Shown here: in pieces, positions 33,545 through 44,546 of the stretch
Layout: each line of letters begins with the position of its first letter
How positions within the stretch are numbered: the stretch's first letter is position 1
Source: Emiliania huxleyi CCMP1516
Taxonomy: Eukaryota
Reading direction: 5' to 3'
Length of the DNA stretch: 64,000 bases
Assembly: GCF_000372725.1 (NCBI RefSeq)
Contig: NW_005202368.1
Location: 154,045-218,044, forward strand
Program-made: the position numbers and the translations under genes
The notes under the pieces: generated by a model
What the model saw: only the letters and a program-made list of their open reading frames with translations
Told to the model about the DNA's origin: nothing
Databases searched by the model: none

Positions 33545-36500
33545 ATGTCGAACAGCGGCTTCTCGCCGCTGGTTTGCCTCGGCACCGCCGCCACGGGGCT
33601 GCTGCTCCTCGCCTATCAGCTCCAGCCGGCGCCGGCGCCGCAGGTGCAGCGTGCTCCCGCAGCCCTCGGCGCGACAGCCAAGGCACGGCCATCCAGCATG
33701 CAGTCAGCAGCGACCGCCTTGCCGGTCGGGTCTCCGCCGCCGATTGGCGCCGCCGGGCTCTCCGCCTCGTACCGCGACCACCTCAGCGACTCCGCGCTCG
33801 CAGTGCTCAATCGCGAGCGGGCAAAGGCGGCCGGGCCGCGGCACGCGGCCGCCTTCCGCGTGTACGTGCCCTCTGTGCCGGGCGACCGCGTCGGCGGCGA
33901 CCTCGAGGAGCCCGACACACTGGCTCGCGCCGTCGCGGCGTCTGCCGCCGACGGCGAGGTGATGCTGCTGTGCGTGGGCGGGTCGGGCGCGATGCGGACG
34001 GGGCTCAACCTTGTGCTCAACTTCCGTGCGATGGGCCTCTACCACATGCTCGTCCTCGCCCTCGAACGCGACGTCTGCACCTCCCTCTGGGACGCCCTCC
34101 CCTCGCTGGCCTGCGTGTGGTGGCCGCGCCGGCTCGAGGCGCCCAGGTGTCGCGCCTCGTGCAGGCGGTAAAGGAGCTGTGGACGGCGTCTCTTCACGGC
34201 GGTGGTGTGAACAGGTGTCGCGCCTCGTGCAGGCGGTAAAGGAGCTGTGGACGGCGTCTCTTCACGGCGGTGGTGTGAACAGGCCGGCGTCGCTCTACAA
34301 CACAATGTTCAACAAGGTTGCGCTCGCCTTCTTCGAGGCTCGCAAGGTGCTGCTCGAGCGGCTCGTGGTGAAGCACCGCCTCAACGTCCTCCATCTCGAC
34401 GCGGACACGATCTGGTTCGACACTTCCTAGACACTTCCTAGACACTCCTCCTCCCGCAGGCTCTCTCACCTCCGCTCCCTCACCTCAGCTCCCCAACCTC
34501 GCCCGCCGGCCACGCACCGCCGGCCGGCCGCCCTCTCGCTACCGCCCCGTCGGCACGCCCCGCCCCGCCCCCAACCCGCGTACCCCGTCCTCAAGACGGT
34601 CTACCGCGGTTCGTGCTCCACGGATGAAGTCTTGTCCACAGGTTCGCCAACCCTTACCCCGTCCTCAAGACGGTCTACCGCGACCACGCCATCGTCGTTC
34701 AGGCCGACAACCCCTTCGCCAACGCCGGCCTCCTGTGGGCGCAGAGGGGGGCTAAGTACGAACGCCTAGCCGACTCGGAGCGTTCAACACGCGTTAGGCA
34801 TCCTGTACGTGCAGAATGTGGCGCCCGGCGACAGCGCGGCGATCGAGCTCGCCTCCCCTACCCCCACGGTGCCCGAACCCATCCCCTACCCCCCACGGCA
34901 CCCGAACCCTAGGCATGGGTGCTCGAGGAGCTCAACCGGCGCATCGACCGGTTCACCTACCGGCCAGAGTCCGTCAAGGAGCTCCCCTCCTCGGGCTGGT
35001 CGACGCCGCCGCATTTTGCGAATGCCGACGAGCAGGCCAGCCTGAGTCACTCTTGTTGTGATGAGTGTATGAGTCGTGCTTGAAGACTCTCACCCCATTC
35101 TTCTCCCTCTCTTCGCACTCTCATTCTCACCACTCGTCCCATTCCTACGCCGGCGAGGTAGGCCAACCTGAACGACATCATCGCGTCGTCTCTCAACGGC
35201 GCCCCCACGTTTGCGGCCGGCGTCGAGTTCTACGAGGCCCGCTTCAAGAAAGACAAGGGGTCGCAGGAGGCGGCCAAGCGGATGCAGGACGGCCGAGAGG
35301 GACGCGCAAGCGCAGCCGCGCGCGAATCCTACCCTACCAACCCGGTACCCGAACCCATGCAGGACGGCCGATGGACGCGCAAGCAGCAGCAGGGCGATGT
35401 CGCGCCGGCGCGCCAGCGGCTCGTCCCTTTAGAAGCGGAATCTCTCCCCATCTCTCCCCATACCTCACCGTCTCTCCCCATCTCTCCCCATCTCTCCTCA
35501 TCTCTCCCCGTAGTCTGCACAGTCCCGCCTTCCCGCCCCCGGACGTCGGTGTATTCCGCACGCAGGCGCGTCTCGCTCACGCCAGACCATCTCTCCCCAT
35601 ATCTCCCCATATCTCGCAGGCTCGTCTCGCTCAAGCCAGACCATAGCCTCGACAAGGTCGTCCACCTGTGCAAGATGGACTCGTGGGGCGCCGTCTCCGC
35701 CGCCCCGCTCCGCGTGCCCGGCAACGCCTCTGCGCCCGCCGCGTCGCTGCTGCAGCTGTGCGTGTCTCAAGGAAGTGATCGTCTGGTTCTTCTACTGCTT
35801 AGGCGCCCGCCGCGTCGCTGCTTCTCGCGCCCGAGTGGCTCTTCTCTCACTTTCCGTACGGCATCTTCTTCCCGGCGTACCGCGTCTGCCACGCCGCCTC
35901 GTGGGGGTGGGAGATAGGGGGAGATCGGGGGAGGTGGGTGGAGATAACGGGGGACAGGGGGAGGTCTGGGGGAAGGTGAGGGGGAGATCGGGGGAGGTAT
36001 GGGGAGGCATGGGGAGGTGAGGATGGGGAGAGGGGGGGGTACGGGGAGGTACGGGGAGGTACGGGGAGATATGGGGAGATGTAGCCACGTCGCCTCGCGA
36101 GGTGGGCGGGCTGTGAACAGCGCCTCTTCACACCTCTGGCTGTGAACCAGGTGGGAGGGTCTCTCCCCACTCGAGCAGCGGCTGTGCATGCCTGGCGACC
36201 CCCACACCGCCCGGCCCCCGGCCACGGCGCGCGTGGCCGTGAACGGCGCCTCTTCACACCTCTGGCTGTGAGCAGGGTTCCGCGTGCCGACGGTGATGGT
36301 GCACATGGCGGGGCTGCGGAACGGGCAGTGGGGGCGGCGCGGCGTGATGCGCGCGTTTGGCGTGTGGCATGAGGAGGCGGACAAGGTGTGAAGAGGCGCT
36401 GTTCACAGCCCGCCCACCTCACGAGACGACGTGGCTACATCTCCCCATCTCTCCCCACACCTCCCCACACCTCCCCACACCTCCCCCACACCTCCCCACA

Positions 36501-37613
36501 CCTCACCCGATCTCCCCCTCCCCCCCCCCCCCCCTAAGGTGGCGCCCGAGACGTGGGTGTCGCCGCGGACAGAGCGACTGGTGGCGAAGCCCTCAGACCT
36601 GCTGCGGCCGGGCCTCCCTCCCCAGATCTCCCCAGATCTCGCCATGCCTCTTGTAGGCCGGGCCAGACATGCTGCGGGCGGGCCTCGCCTCAATGTCCGA
36701 CTTCGACGCGTTTGCAGCGCGGCTGCTGCTGCTCGGCCTGCTTCTCGGCCGGCGCGTCGTCATGCCGCCGCTGCCAAAGGATGCGCGCTGGGCGGAGCGA
36801 GCTATCGAGCCGCGTCACCTGAGGGCGATCGAGGTCGGGTGCGGGCCGGACAAGCAGCGCGTCTGGCTCCCCATGCCGCACTTCAAGGAGCCGTGGTGCA
36901 GCGGGGTCGACTTTCTGTACGAGATCGACTACCGCGCCGTCGCCCCCTCCATCCCGCCCGCGGACGTGCCGCACATCCGCCGCCGTATTCACGGCCGTGA
37001 AGGGAGGATTCATCAGTGAGTAGGCCGTCAATGAACAGGTGTCCCACATCGCCGCCGCCTCGCTCCGCGTGGCGCCCGAGTCGGCCGCCGGGGCGCTCAT
37101 CACCATGTCGGACGGGGCGAGAAGACACACGCCTTCGCCCCCCCGACCGCCCGAGTTGCCTGCCGCGTCTCTTCACAGCACGCCCGCTGTGAACAGGCGA
37201 CCCCACCCGCCTCGCGCGTGCTCGTCCTCAACGCGGCGGGCGGCGGCGGCGGCGGCGGCTCGCCGCTCGGCTGGCTCCCGATCGACGACTGGAAGCGGAA
37301 CGAGTGGAAGGGTCCGTTTGCACGCCGCGTGCGGCCGGCGCTCGAGGCGGCGGGGCTCGAGAACCTCAGGTCTCGTGCGCGGCTTGAGCCGCTGCACGGG
37401 AGGAGCCGTTGGACGAGGCACGGTTGCTCGCTGATAGGATCGTGCGCGACTGCATGCACTCCCTCGCGACGAGCAGGGACTAGACTTGCTCGACGGGCGC
37501 GCGCCGGAGCAACACGCCAAGATCACCGCAGTGCAGCACGACGGGGGGAGTTCGGCACATGTCTCACATGCGTCTGCAGGGGTTTGTTGCTAGCTTTTTA
37601 TGCGGTTCTGACG
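33545..37613 (+). CDS. Nucleotide-diphospho-sugar transferase (GT77-like), type II membrane, many introns; 3' end approximate
   Basis: N-terminal TM (LVCLGTAATGLLLLAY). Spliced exons read ARKVLLERLV...NVLHLDADTIWF-ANPYPVL...QADNPFANAG-ILYV...ANADEQ-ANLNDII, with the DxD, NxG and DQ-like motifs. Confidence 0.75.
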
Positions 37614-39475
37614 GTAAATTCCGCCGGAAAAAAAATACCAGCGATAGGGAATGGCCTGGGAGCCCCAGAAATGGCTGCCTACTTTTTGGGGCTGGTGCGG
37701 CGAGGCGAGGCGAGGCCTGTGTGGCGGCTTCTGGGAGGGGCTAGGAGAGGGGCGGGTTTGGCGGGAGAGGAGTCCGCGGGCGGCGCGAGCGGGCGTCCGG
37801 TGAGCGGTGTGGGCGGGGCCGTGCGTGGTTTTGCGAGCTTCGACCACGGGGCGGCGTCGTGGCCGCCGGGAGGCGAGGAATGTAGCAGCTCTGCTGTCTC
37901 GCACTGCTGCAGGCCGCCTGGCAGGCGGTGTCATGGCGCCCCGTGAGGTGCGGGGGGGAGGCCAGCGGCGCCGGGCCTGCCGCGCAGGGGCGGGCGGGGG
38001 CGGGGGCGGCGAGGTGGGCCCGTGCGAGCTGCTCTAGCACCCGAAATCAAGTCGTCGCCCAAAGTCGAGCAGGGGGCCTGGAGATTTGCAGCGCGCGCGG
38101 GGATGGTCATGGTGGCCGATGGGTTTATCGGACGAGGGCGATCCTGGGGGCTGCGGACGTCTCCTGCCGATTCTCCGCACGGCTGTTGGTCGCGGGTTGC
38201 GCGGGTCGCTCGTGGGGCGGCGTGGGGTCCGTCCTCGCGCGGGCTCTGAAGCGGGGCGATTTTCGGCCTCCCGCGTCGGCGTTTTGAGGGCCTTCCCGAG
38301 GGCTTCAGGCGGTGCGGGTTTGACGGGCGGTAGCGCGGGGCGGCCTCCACCGTTTTGGCGAAATGGCCGTTTTTCGCGCGCGGCCGGCGCTCGCCCCGGG
38401 AAAGTTGCCTCGCTCCGCTCGTCAACTTTCTCCCGGGCGAGAGGGGGGTGCGCGGGTGGCGGCAATAACTCTCTCTCTCCTTCTCTCTCTTCCTGCGCGC
38501 GCAGCGCGCGATTTTTTCGCGGGGTGGGCCCTTTTTATCGATTTTTGAGCCCTCGTCGAGCCGTGGACGGGGGACGTATAACCCTAGCTTAACCCTCGCT
38601 CGCGGCGTGTTACTACGTAACCCTAACTTGAGTGCGCGGCTCCGGCAACCGCTAACCCTAACCGCACACAACCTTGGCACACCTAACTGGCCATCCCTCC
38701 GGGGCGGAGAGCGACGCGAGTGCGAGGAGAGCCGGCTTCGTGCTTGCGGGCTCGCCGGAGGCGATCGCGTGGTGGCGAAGACTGAGGCGGCGGTGAGAGA
38801 GGTGGAGATGGCGGCGCGAGATGGCCGAGCGTGACAACGGCTGGCACCGCCGATGCGATGCTGCCGCCTCGTCATCGCTCCTTGGTGCAACGAGCGATGG
38901 AGCTGCTGCGATCTAGGGAGTGGCATCAGAGCGTCGCAACCGCGGCATCGAGGTGGCAGAGCGGACAGAGCAGCGAGAGGCGGCAGACGCTATCCACTCC
39001 AAGTAGATGCGAAGAACCTAGTAGCGAAGCACGAAGCGTGAGTGGGAGCGAGAGAAGCGAGCGGTGGTGCACTGTTGTCGAACGTGGCGAGCGAGGCAGT
39101 GCGAGAATGGGGAAGCGATCCGAAGTCACGGAGGCGAAGGCGGCGGCGGCGAAGGCGGCGGCGAGGGCAAGAGAGCGAGTGCGAGTCGCACGCACACGGA
39201 GTGAAATGCCATGGCTACGCGAGTGTGGTGTGGATGTGCGAAGGCGTTGCGTGGGTGCACACTGCGACGCTCCTCCGCGAGCGAGAGCAACTCGTACGCG
39301 CGAGCCGGCGTCGGGCCAAAGCAAAGAAAAACCGGGTTTTCTTTCTGTTATCAAGTTTCCTTTATAAATTTTCAAGTTTCCTTGCCTCGAAGGCAATGCC
39401 ACATTTCTCTTTCGCGCTCTCGCCGGTTATCTGACAGCCGCCCTTCGCGCCACCAATCGGCCACGGTTGACAGCA

Positions 39476-40177
39476 ATGCCCGGCCAGTGGCCTCTCGACG
39501 ACAGCAAGGCGGTCTGGCACGCACTTTGCCACGTGCAGCTGCAGGCTGATGGCGAGCTTCCCGGTACTCAGGAGGTCAACGCCGTCGTGGCGAGGCTGGC
39601 CAAGCGATTCGGCCGAACCAACGGCGCAATCCGGTCGCGCATTCGTCACATGCACGACACGTCGCACGCTGCGTACACGGAGCTCGTTTCCTGCGGCGCC
39701 CGGCAGCCAGCGACCAACTCGGCCCCTCCTCCTCCAAGGCCCGCGGCGCCTCCGCAGACGGCTGCCGGCGATGCAAGCGGAGGCAACCTCTACTCAGCGC
39801 TCCGCTCCTTCAGGGCGCAACGGGCGCAGGCCGACAAGGTTGAGCCCTACCACGTCCTGCACAACTCCGTGCTGCGCAAGATTGCGGACCGCTGCCCGAC
39901 GAGCCTCGATGAGCTCAAGCTCGTCAACGGCATCGGGATGGACAAGATGAACACTTACGGAAGCGAGATTGTGCGCATTTGTCAGGAGTCAGCGCCGGCT
40001 CGACCGGCCGCGCCTCCGGGGCCGCTGCCACAAGGCGCCACCACCACTCCGTGTGGCAAGCGTAAGACGCCCGCCACCGGGTCCGGCACCGCCACCGGCA
40101 CGACGGTTGCCGTCGCTAAGAGGCCCTCGGGGTGGCCGTACGCGTCGTCGCCGGCGCCCAAGCCGGGCATCCCATGA
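39476..40177 (+). CDS. Small protein with an HTH-like motif and an HRDC domain
   Basis: LAKRFGRTNGAIRSRI, then LYSALRSFRAQRAQADKVEPYHVLHNSVLRKIADRCPTSLDELKLVNGIGMDKMNTYGSEIV, an HRDC consensus. Confidence 0.75.
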   Translation: MPGQWPLDDSKAVWHALCHVQLQADGELPGTQEVNAVVARLAKRFGRTNGAIRSRIRHMHDTSHAAYTELVSCGARQPATNSAPPPPRPAAPPQTAAGDASGGNLYSALRSFRAQRAQADKVEPYHVLHNSVLRKIADRCPTSLDELKLVNGIGMDKMNTYGSEIVRICQESAPARPAAPPGPLPQGATTTPCGKRKTPATGSGTATGTTVAVAKRPSGWPYASSPAPKPGIP

Positions 40178-40519
40178 TGCAGGGCCGGATGGGCCGTCGC
40201 TCTGGTCCACATCCGCCGACGAGTAGTTCCGGCCGGGGTGTGTGTTGCTGTTGGTTAGGAGCGCAAAACGGTTCGTTGGCATTTACACGGCGTTGTTGTC
40301 TGGTGAGTTTTATTTCAAAAATGATTTCCGGCGTTGCCGCCGACGTTTCCCACGGAGTGCGACATTTGCCGTGTGCGCGGCGGCACTCAGCTCCGCCAAC
40401 GGCGGCGAGATGGCTCAAAAGCATGTTCGAGAAGTGCCAAGAGACTGACAACTACTCCGCCGTTGTGCCATCCGATGAAAACAAGGGGGAAAAAGAAAAC
40501 ATATCTTTTCTACGGCTCG

Positions 40520-43500
40520 CCGACTCACGAGACGGCCGTCGCGCTGCGTACGCAACGTGTGCCCCTCTGTACGCTCCGCGCTCTCCACACGGCGCGCAGC
40601 GCCGTCTGAGCGGCTTGACGGCGAAAAAAAGACTTAGCGCCTTCGACGTGTGAAGAGACGATGTTCACACCTTTCGACTCGGATAGGGCTCGAGGCGCCG
40701 TTTTGTCAGACGCCGTTCACGGGGCGTGCGTCGTGTGTGCTGCGCTGCACGCTCAGCGCTGTTAGCACGGCGCGGAGCGCCCTTGGGGCGGCGAGAAGGC
40801 GCCGGACGGCGTTCACGGCTCGAGGTGTGAAGAGACGCCGTTCACACTTTATTCTGTGAATAGGGCGCAGATCGCCGACTCAAGAGACGGCCTTCGCGGT
40901 GCGTACGCAGCGTGAGTTCCTCTGCACGCGCCGCGCTCTTTACGCGGCGCGCAGCGCCGCTAGAGCGGTTTGACGGCGAAAAAAAGACTTAGCGGCTTCG
41001 AGGTGTGAAGAGACGATTCTCGCACTTTTTGACTCGGATAGGGCTCGAGGCGCCGTTTTATCAGACGCCGTGCAAGGGGCGCGTCGCGCGTGTGCTGCGC
41101 TGCACGCACGGCGCCGTTTGCACGGCGCGCAGCGCCCTTGGGGCGGTGAGAAGGCGCCGGACGGTGTTCACGGCTCGAGGTGTGAAGAGGCGCCGTTCAC
41201 ACTTTTTCCATGAACAGGGCTCGGCTCGCCGGCTCACGAGGCGGCTTTGGCGGTGCGTGTGCAGCACGCGCTCCTCTGTACGCGCCGCGCTCTCCACACG
41301 GCGCGCAGCGCCGCTAGAGCGGCTTGACGGCGAAAAAAAGACTTAGCGGTTTTGAGGTGTGAAAAGACGGTTCTCACACTTTTCGACTCGGATAGGGCTC
41401 GAGGCGCCGTTTGTCCAGACGCCGTTCACGGGGCGAGTCGCACGTGTGTTGTGCTACACGTTTGGCGCTGATAGCGCGGCGCGGAGCGCCATTGGGGCGG
41501 CGAGAAGGCGCTAGACGGCGTTCACGGCTCGAGGTGTGAAGAGACGCCGTTCACACTTTATGCTGTGAATAGGGCTCGGCTCGCCGGCTCACGAGGCGGC
41601 TTTGGCGGTGCGTTTGCAGCACGCGCTCCTCTGTACGCGCCGCGCTCTCCACACGGCGCGCATTCACACTCTTGGCTATGAATAGGGCTCGGCTCGCCGA
41701 CTCGTGAGACGGCCTTCACCGTGCGTGTGCAGCGCGTGCTCCTCTGCACGCGCCGCGCTCTCTTTGCGGCGCGCAGCGCCGCTAGAGCGGCTTGACGGCG
41801 AAAAAATGACTTAGCGGTTTCGAGGTGTGAAATGACGGTTCTCACACTTTTCGACTCGGATAGGGCTTGAGGCGCCTTTTTAGCAGACGCCGTGCAAGGG
41901 GCGTGTCGCACGTGTGCTGCGCTGCACGACCGGCGCCGTTTGCACGGCGCGCAGCGCCCTTGGGGCGGTGAGAAGGCGCCGGACGGTGTTCACGGCTCGA
42001 GGTGTGAAGAGGCGCCGTTCACACTCTTTGCTATGAATAGGGCTCGGCTCGACGACTCGTGAGGCGGCCTTCACCGTGCGTGTGCAGCGCGTGCTCCTCT
42101 GCACGCGCCGTGCTCTCTTTGCGGCGCGCAGCGCCGCTAGAGCGGCTTGACGGCGAAAAAATGACTTAGCGGTTTCGAGGTGTGAAATGACGGTTCTCAC
42201 ACTTTTCGACTCGGATAGGGCTTGAGGCGCCGTTGTAGCAGACGCCGTGCGAGTGGCGTGTCGCACTTGTGCTGCGCTGCACGCTCGGCGCCGTTTGCAC
42301 GGCGCGCAGCGCCCTTGGGGCGGTGAGAAGGCGCCGGACGGTGTTCACGGCTCGAGGTGTGAAGAGGCGCCGTTCACACTTTGTGCTATGAATAGGGCTC
42401 GGCTCGACGACTCGTGAGACGGCCTTCATCGTGCGTGTGCAGCGTGTGCTCCTCTGCACGCGCCGCGCTCTCTTTGCGGCGCGCAGCGCCGCTAGAGCGG
42501 TTTGACGGCGAAAAAATGACTTAGCGGTTTCGAGGTGTGAAATGACGGTTCTCACACTTTTCGACTCGGATAGGGCTCGAGGCGCCGTTTTAGCAGACGC
42601 CGTGCAAGGGGCGTGTCGCACGTGTGCTGCGCTGCACGCTCGGCGCCGTTTGCACGGCGCGCAGCGCCCTTGAGGCGGTGAGAAGGCGCCGGACGGTGTT
42701 CACGGCTCGAGGTGTGAAAAGGCGCCGTTCACACTCTTTGCTATGAATAGGGCTCGGCTCGACGACTCGTGAGGCGGCCTTCACCGTGCGTGTGCAGCGC
42801 GTGCTCCTCTGCACGCGCCGTGCTCTCTTTGCGGCGCGCAGCGCCGCTAGAGCGGCTTGACGGCGAAAAAATGACTTAGCGGTTTCGAGGTGTGAAATGA
42901 CGGTTCTCACACTTTTCGACTCGGATAGGGCTTGAGGCGCCGTTGTAGCAGACGCCGTGCGAGTGGCGTGTCGCACTTGTGCTGCGCTGCACGCTCGGCG
43001 CCGTTTGCACGGCGCGCAGCGCCCTTGGGGTGGTGAGAAGGCGCCGGACGGTGTTCACGGTCTCGAGGTGTGAAGAGGCGCCGTTCACACTTTGTGCTAT
43101 GAATAGGGCTCGGCTCGCCGACTCGTGAGACGGCCTTCATCGTGCGTGTGCAGCGTGTGCTCCTCTGCACGCGCCGCGCTCTCTTTGCGGCGCGCAGCGC
43201 CGCTAGAGCGGTTTGACGGCGAAAAAATGACTTAGCGGTTTCGAGGTGTGAAATGACGGTTCTCACACTTTTCGACTCGGATAGGGCTCGGGGCGCCGTT
43301 TTATCAGACGCCGTGCAAGTGGCGTGTCGCACGTGTGCTGCGCTACACGCTCGGCGCTGTTAGTACCGCGCGGAGCGCCTTTGGGGCGGTGAGAAGGCGC
43401 CGGACGGTGTTCACGGCTCGAGGTGTGAAGAGGCGCCGTTCACACTTTATGCCGTGAACAGGGCTCGGCTCGCCGGCTCACGAGGCGGCCTTCGGGGTGC

Positions 43501-44000
43501 GTTTGCAGCACGTGCTCCTCTGTACGAGCCGCGCTCTCTTTGCGGCGCGCAGCGCCGCTAGAGCGGTTTGACGGCGAAAAAAAGACTTAGCGGTTTGGAG
43601 GTGTGGAGACGAATTTCACACCTTTCGACTCGAATAGGGCTTGAGACGCCGTTTTACTGAGGCCGCTCAGTGGGTGTGCTGCGCGTGTGCTGTGCTATAC
43701 GCTCGGCGCTGTTTGGTAGGCGCGGAGCGCCCTTGGGGCGGCGAGAAGGCGCCGGACGGCGTTCACGGTGTCGAGGTGTGAAGAGACGCCGTTCACACTT
43801 TCTGCTATGATCAGGGCCCGGCTCGCCAACTCACGAGACGGCCCTCGCGGTGCGCATCGTCTGCTCCTGTTCACGCGCCGCGCTCTCAATGCGGCGCGCA
43901 GCGCCGCTAGAGCGGCGTGGCGGCGGAAAAATGACTTAGCGGCTTCGAGGTGTGAAGAGACGGTTCTTATACTTTGTTGTTAAATTCTCACACTTTTCAC
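40520..44000. repeat. Satellite array, ~355-bp unit made of two diverged 177/178-bp monomers, ~10 units
   Basis: gacttagc recurs at about 40631, 40986, 41340, 41808, 42163, 42518, 42873, 43229, 43584 and 43933. gtgtgaagag occurs at 40648, 40825 and 41003. Confidence 0.9.
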
Positions 44001-44359
44001 ACTACGAATGCCCCAGAAGCCACGGGCAGTGCGAAGGCGCGCGTGTTTTCTTCCCAGACCGGGCGGACGGGCAGACTCTCAGCTTCGCTCGCGGCAGCGC
44101 TTCTGCCTGCTCTTGCCCCTCTCGCCGCGATGCCACGATGCAGCGCACTAGATGCACCCTCCCGGCGCGGCACGGCGCCGGGCCGCTCGTCGGCGCGGTC
44201 TGATTGCCGCCGCGGCTCTCGTCGCGCCGCTTCGTCTCCGCCGCCGTCTCGGCGGCCGCGCGGGCTGAGCTGGGAAGGTTCCGCTCTGGAACTTATTTAC
44301 GTGGGCACCGCACCGCCTCGCCTCGCGCCTCGCGCGGCCAACTCTCCACCCGCGGCGGC

Positions 44360-44546
44360 TGGCCGGCGCCACACGTACCTCCGCATCTCGCTCACCGAGC
44401 GCTGCTCGCTGCGCTGCACGTACTGCATGCCCGCGGACGGCGTGTCGCTCACGGACGCGCGGCGGCTCCTCTCGGCGGAGGAGCTGCTCCGCCTCGCCGC
44501 CCTCTTCGTCCGCGCCGGAGTCGACAAGATCCGCCTCACGGCGAGG
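44360..44546 (+). pseudogene. moaA: Fragment of GTP 3',8-cyclase (MoaA/CNX2/MOCS1A radical SAM)
   Basis: [24 protein letters not shown]...[22 protein letters not shown], with the CxxxCxxC motif. Breaks just before GGEP. Confidence 0.85.

Noticed and set aside
38575..38690. Telomere-like TAACCCT(AA) motifs
   Set aside because: Four scattered copies, not a tandem array; no evidence of a chromosome end or healing site.
40520..44000. CRISPR-like array (recurring palindromic gtgaa...ttcac core)
   Set aside because: The intervening sequence is itself repeated rather than unique spacers, there are no cas genes, and the context is eukaryotic.
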